Origin: Macrostomum lignano
Lineage: Eukaryota
Direction: 5' to 3'
Assembly: GCA_002269645.1 (NCBI GenBank)
Contig: NIVC01001746.1
Span: 124,001 to 188,000, forward strand
Length of the DNA: 64,000 bases
Shown piece by piece: positions 60,724 to 64,000 of this stretch. The notes beneath the pieces were generated by a model. The model saw nothing but the letters and a program-made list of their open reading frames with translations, was not told where the DNA came from and did no database searches. Numbering within the stretch: position 1 is the stretch's first letter; every line of letters begins with the position of its first letter. The position numbers and the translations under genes were made by a program.

Positions 60724-63392
60724 CTAATAGAAGTGCAAGCTGTTCTGAGCTCTCGGATCGTGCGAAGCTCGACGCATTCTCTTCTGTTGTTGTTGTTGCT
60801 GCTTCTGCTGTTGCTGCTGCTGCTGCTGTTGTTCTTGCAGGTGTCTGAAAGCTTCGGAAAAAACCGATCGATGCGACCGCTCCATGTCGCCGCCTCCAGC
60901 AGCTTTGCCAGTTACCCTGGACCCGTCCCCTACCCCTTCCTGACGATCGAAACCCAACGCCGCCAGTTGGCTCTTGATTCGATTGACCAAGTCGAGCTGC
61001 GTCTGCTCCAGCGTTGGCTGATCAACCAGGCTATCCATTGCCGTAGCTGTCGGCGTTACCGCATTTGGAGACGCAATTGTTGCGGCGCTGGGCGCAGGGG
61101 ATGCGACGCTGGGCGTCGCAGCCGGAGCTGCAGCGGCCGGACGAAGGCATTCGGTCAGAGCGGCGACGCGAGCTTCCGCGTCTGTGCACTGACGCTGCAA
61201 CCGTTGCAGACGCGTGCAGGCAACCTGGCAAATAGATTCAACGAATTTGGCCAGCCTCGATGGCTCATCCACTGGCGGCGGAGCCGGTGGCGCTGGCTGA
61301 TCAGGCTTAGTGTCGGCAGTTTCATCGCTGTGCCGTTGCAGCTGCGCGGCGGCCGACTTGATACTTTTGAGTGCGTCGGTTTTCTCACCCAACGACTTGC
61401 GCAGACTGGAAGTCTCCCGCTGCAGCTCGGAGACTCGACGCTCGGCTCGACGTAATCGACGATCAGTTTTGAAACTTGGATCGGATTGCTGTTGCTGCTG
61501 CTGATGCTGCTGCTGCTGCTTGGCAGCGGCCGAGGCCACACCGCTGAGATACTGGATGCGAAATGTCAGCTTGCTGTTGGCTTGTCGAAGTCTCTCCCGT
61601 TCGGCCAGAAGCAAGCGTTCGCGTCTGTCAAATTCCGCTCGAATTCGATGTAGCTCAGAGTCGGCTTCTACTCCTCTGTGATTTGCTACAGCGATTGATG
61701 ACGATGGAGGAGGCTGGGAGCTTGCCCGACTCCGTGTGTCCGACTGAGGACGACTCGGCCACTGCTGCTGTTGCAGTTGCTGAGGATGATTAGGCGTCGT
61801 TGAGGCATCCAGGCGAGATGCGGACCGGCCGAAGGTCAGGCGTTCGCGCGATACGGCACGTCGCAGGAAGCCGCCAACTCGCTGAAGCCGGCCTCCTCCA
61901 GCTGCCTCTTGCGCTGAAGCTATTGATGTCGAAGCTGGCTGCTGCTGAGACTGCTGGTTGTTGGACGAATTGATCGACGTACGAAGTTGCTCAATCTCCA
62001 TGTTCGCATCGGTGAGCTGAAAACGTTTGAGACCAGGGTCAGTGCACTTTCTCTTAAAAGAGGATAATTGAGCATGGCTAGACCCTGGAAAAAGCATGCA
62101 AAAGTTGATAATGGTGCACTATGAAATACATGTAGGACGTAAATGTACTTGTAGGTGACCTACAAAGCTTACAAAGTTAATTGGTGCTTAAGTATCAGAC
62201 AATTGGCATATTGTCAGACACTTTTTGGTACATTGTGTTGGATGCTTTTATGGTACAACTGAACAACTTCTACGTCAATCAGGTACAATCAGACAATTCA
62301 TATTTAAAAGTTTCAAAACTTTCGAAATCAACGCAAATCAATGAAAAATATTTTTAGGGTAGTTTTAATGCAAATCTCAATGAAGCTTGAAGTCGATGCT
62401 TAAACTTTTTTGTTGGCAATTCATAACAGTTGGCTGCAGGACAAAAAACGGAGTTATTAAACTTCACTTCTCACCTGCCGTTGCAGCTCTTCGGCCCTCT
62501 TAGCCAGTTCCGCGCTCTCCGCGATTCGCTGTTGCGCCAGTTTTCGAAAGCTACGCCAAGTGGACCGGACAAAGGCGTAGTCGCTGCGCGCCGTGCTGCC
62601 CTCTGGGTAGGGCGCCGGCTCCTGCAGCCCGGCCGTCTGCAGAGCGCGCGCGTCTAAGCATCGGGTGCGTCGAATAATTCGTTCAGTATCTCTGCGCATC
62701 TTCCTAGCCATGCTTTCGTGAAGACTGTCTACCGTAGTCATCGATTCGCTTAGAGATTGCGACTGGTCATGCTGCTGCTGCTGATGGTTTTGGTGATAAA
62801 GCTGCTGATGATGATGCTGGTGCGCTCCTCCCTGCTGCGGCTGTCGAGTTCCTCTCCGGTTCTGCTTGCCACTGGAGAACAGACCCCATCGACGTCGTTT
62901 TCGACGGCTTAGCGTTGAAGCAGCGGCTACTCCTCCGGCTGAGGTAGCCGTTGTCGAGTCAGCAGCAGCCGAGGCGGCGGTAGCGGAGACATCAGCCGAG
63001 CTGCATCGTCGAGCTTTCAGCAGCGTCAGCACCGAGGAACAGTTTCGGATTAGCGGGCACAGACTTACGTATTCTTGATCGGCAGATTTAGTGAGGATGG
63101 TGGGATAGCCCAGTCTAATGAAGTCCTGGTTAACGGTGTGCGCCATCCATTTAAACACTTCCTCCGGCATGGCGGGTTCCGACTCGCCCTCGGCCCCCGT
63201 TCCAGTCGCTTCCGCCTTAGCAATATTTGTCGAGCCTTCGTCAGTGCTGTCATCGGCGTAGCTACCGTCTGCGCATTGATTGCCGAAGTCGCCACCGCCT
63301 CCTTCGGTGGTGCCGCCATCCGTGCCACCGGTGCTGCTGAGACTGAGCCGACTGACACCGGTTGCGGTATTAGATAATCGACTGGTTTTCAT
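60724..63392 (-). CDS. Coiled-coil, Gln/Ala/Ser-rich protein, 2 exons, ~736 aa
   Basis: Exon 63392-62475 (CAG|gtgaga) and exon 62016-60724 (tttcag|CTC) join in phase 0 (EELQRQ|LTDANMEIEQL). Heptad-like segments and polyQ runs. Confidence 0.75.
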
Positions 63393-64000
63393 AGCAACTA
63401 TTAGTATTAGCTCCTCGCTGGGGAGTTTCGACCTATAGTTTTCTAGCCAGACATAAATATTCGATAATTACGAGCGTATTTTGCTAAATAGTAGCAAATC
63501 TATCAATATAATTTTACCTATACATGAAAAAATGATTGTACTGTCTGATTCGATCTAATAAAGTTCGATCAACTAAATCCAAAAGGCTATGGGTGTTGAT
63601 CGGTTAAAGCTGAGTTGGCAAGATATGAAAGGGATGTCTATTAATTATTATAGAGGATTTTGTTGAAACTAAAGATACTTCAGCTCTTTTAGTCTATGGT
63701 CTCGCATCACTGGACCAACGTCTGATGGCCATTAAAGCAAAACACATAGCAACTTTAAAGTATGCAGGGCCGGCAGTTGATTTAGTTTTATGGATACGTA
63801 TACTTATGGCAAATTTCGCCCCCCCCCCGTTGGGGAAACAACAGCGAAAGGAAAAGTTACTTTTGAATAAACTACTTGTAGCTTTCGACCTTGTACTATC
63901 ACTATCAGCTATCAGATATCGAAAACCCAAACCAAAACCAAAGCAAAAAACTCCCAATTGACACTTGGCATCTTAGACAATGTGATCGATCTTCGAGGCC

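Overview
Eukaryotic (metazoan) genomic DNA with GT-AG introns; no prokaryotic features. GC-, Gln- and Ala-rich exons separated by minisatellite-filled introns suggest a flatworm such as Macrostomum (inference only). Host genes reconstructed by hand: an 8-exon MFS oxalate:formate-antiporter-like transporter (-), an apparently intronless PP1-like phosphatase with a large insertion (+), two class A GPCRs (+ and -), an unidentified multi-exon helical protein (-) and a 2-exon coiled-coil protein (-). Mobile DNA: a young but disabled BEL/Pao LTR retrotransposon inserted in a minisatellite and carrying a nested solo LTR; a young, nearly intact Ty3/Gypsy element with a tRNA-Leu PBS, a -1 frameshift signal and an extra C-terminal ORF region; an LTR remnant; a BEL remnant; a possible Penelope fragment; and a 484-bp MITE with an 8-bp TSD. 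About 30 tandem arrays occur, most with their own unit. Most unusual: the Gypsy LTR ends in a stack of LTR-end/PBS junction copies; nearly every intron holds its own minisatellite, often running up to the splice signal; and a ~4.5-kb CpG-erased domain shows CG/TG/CA/TA variation between repeat copies. Counts and coordinates were read by eye; array edges are approximate.
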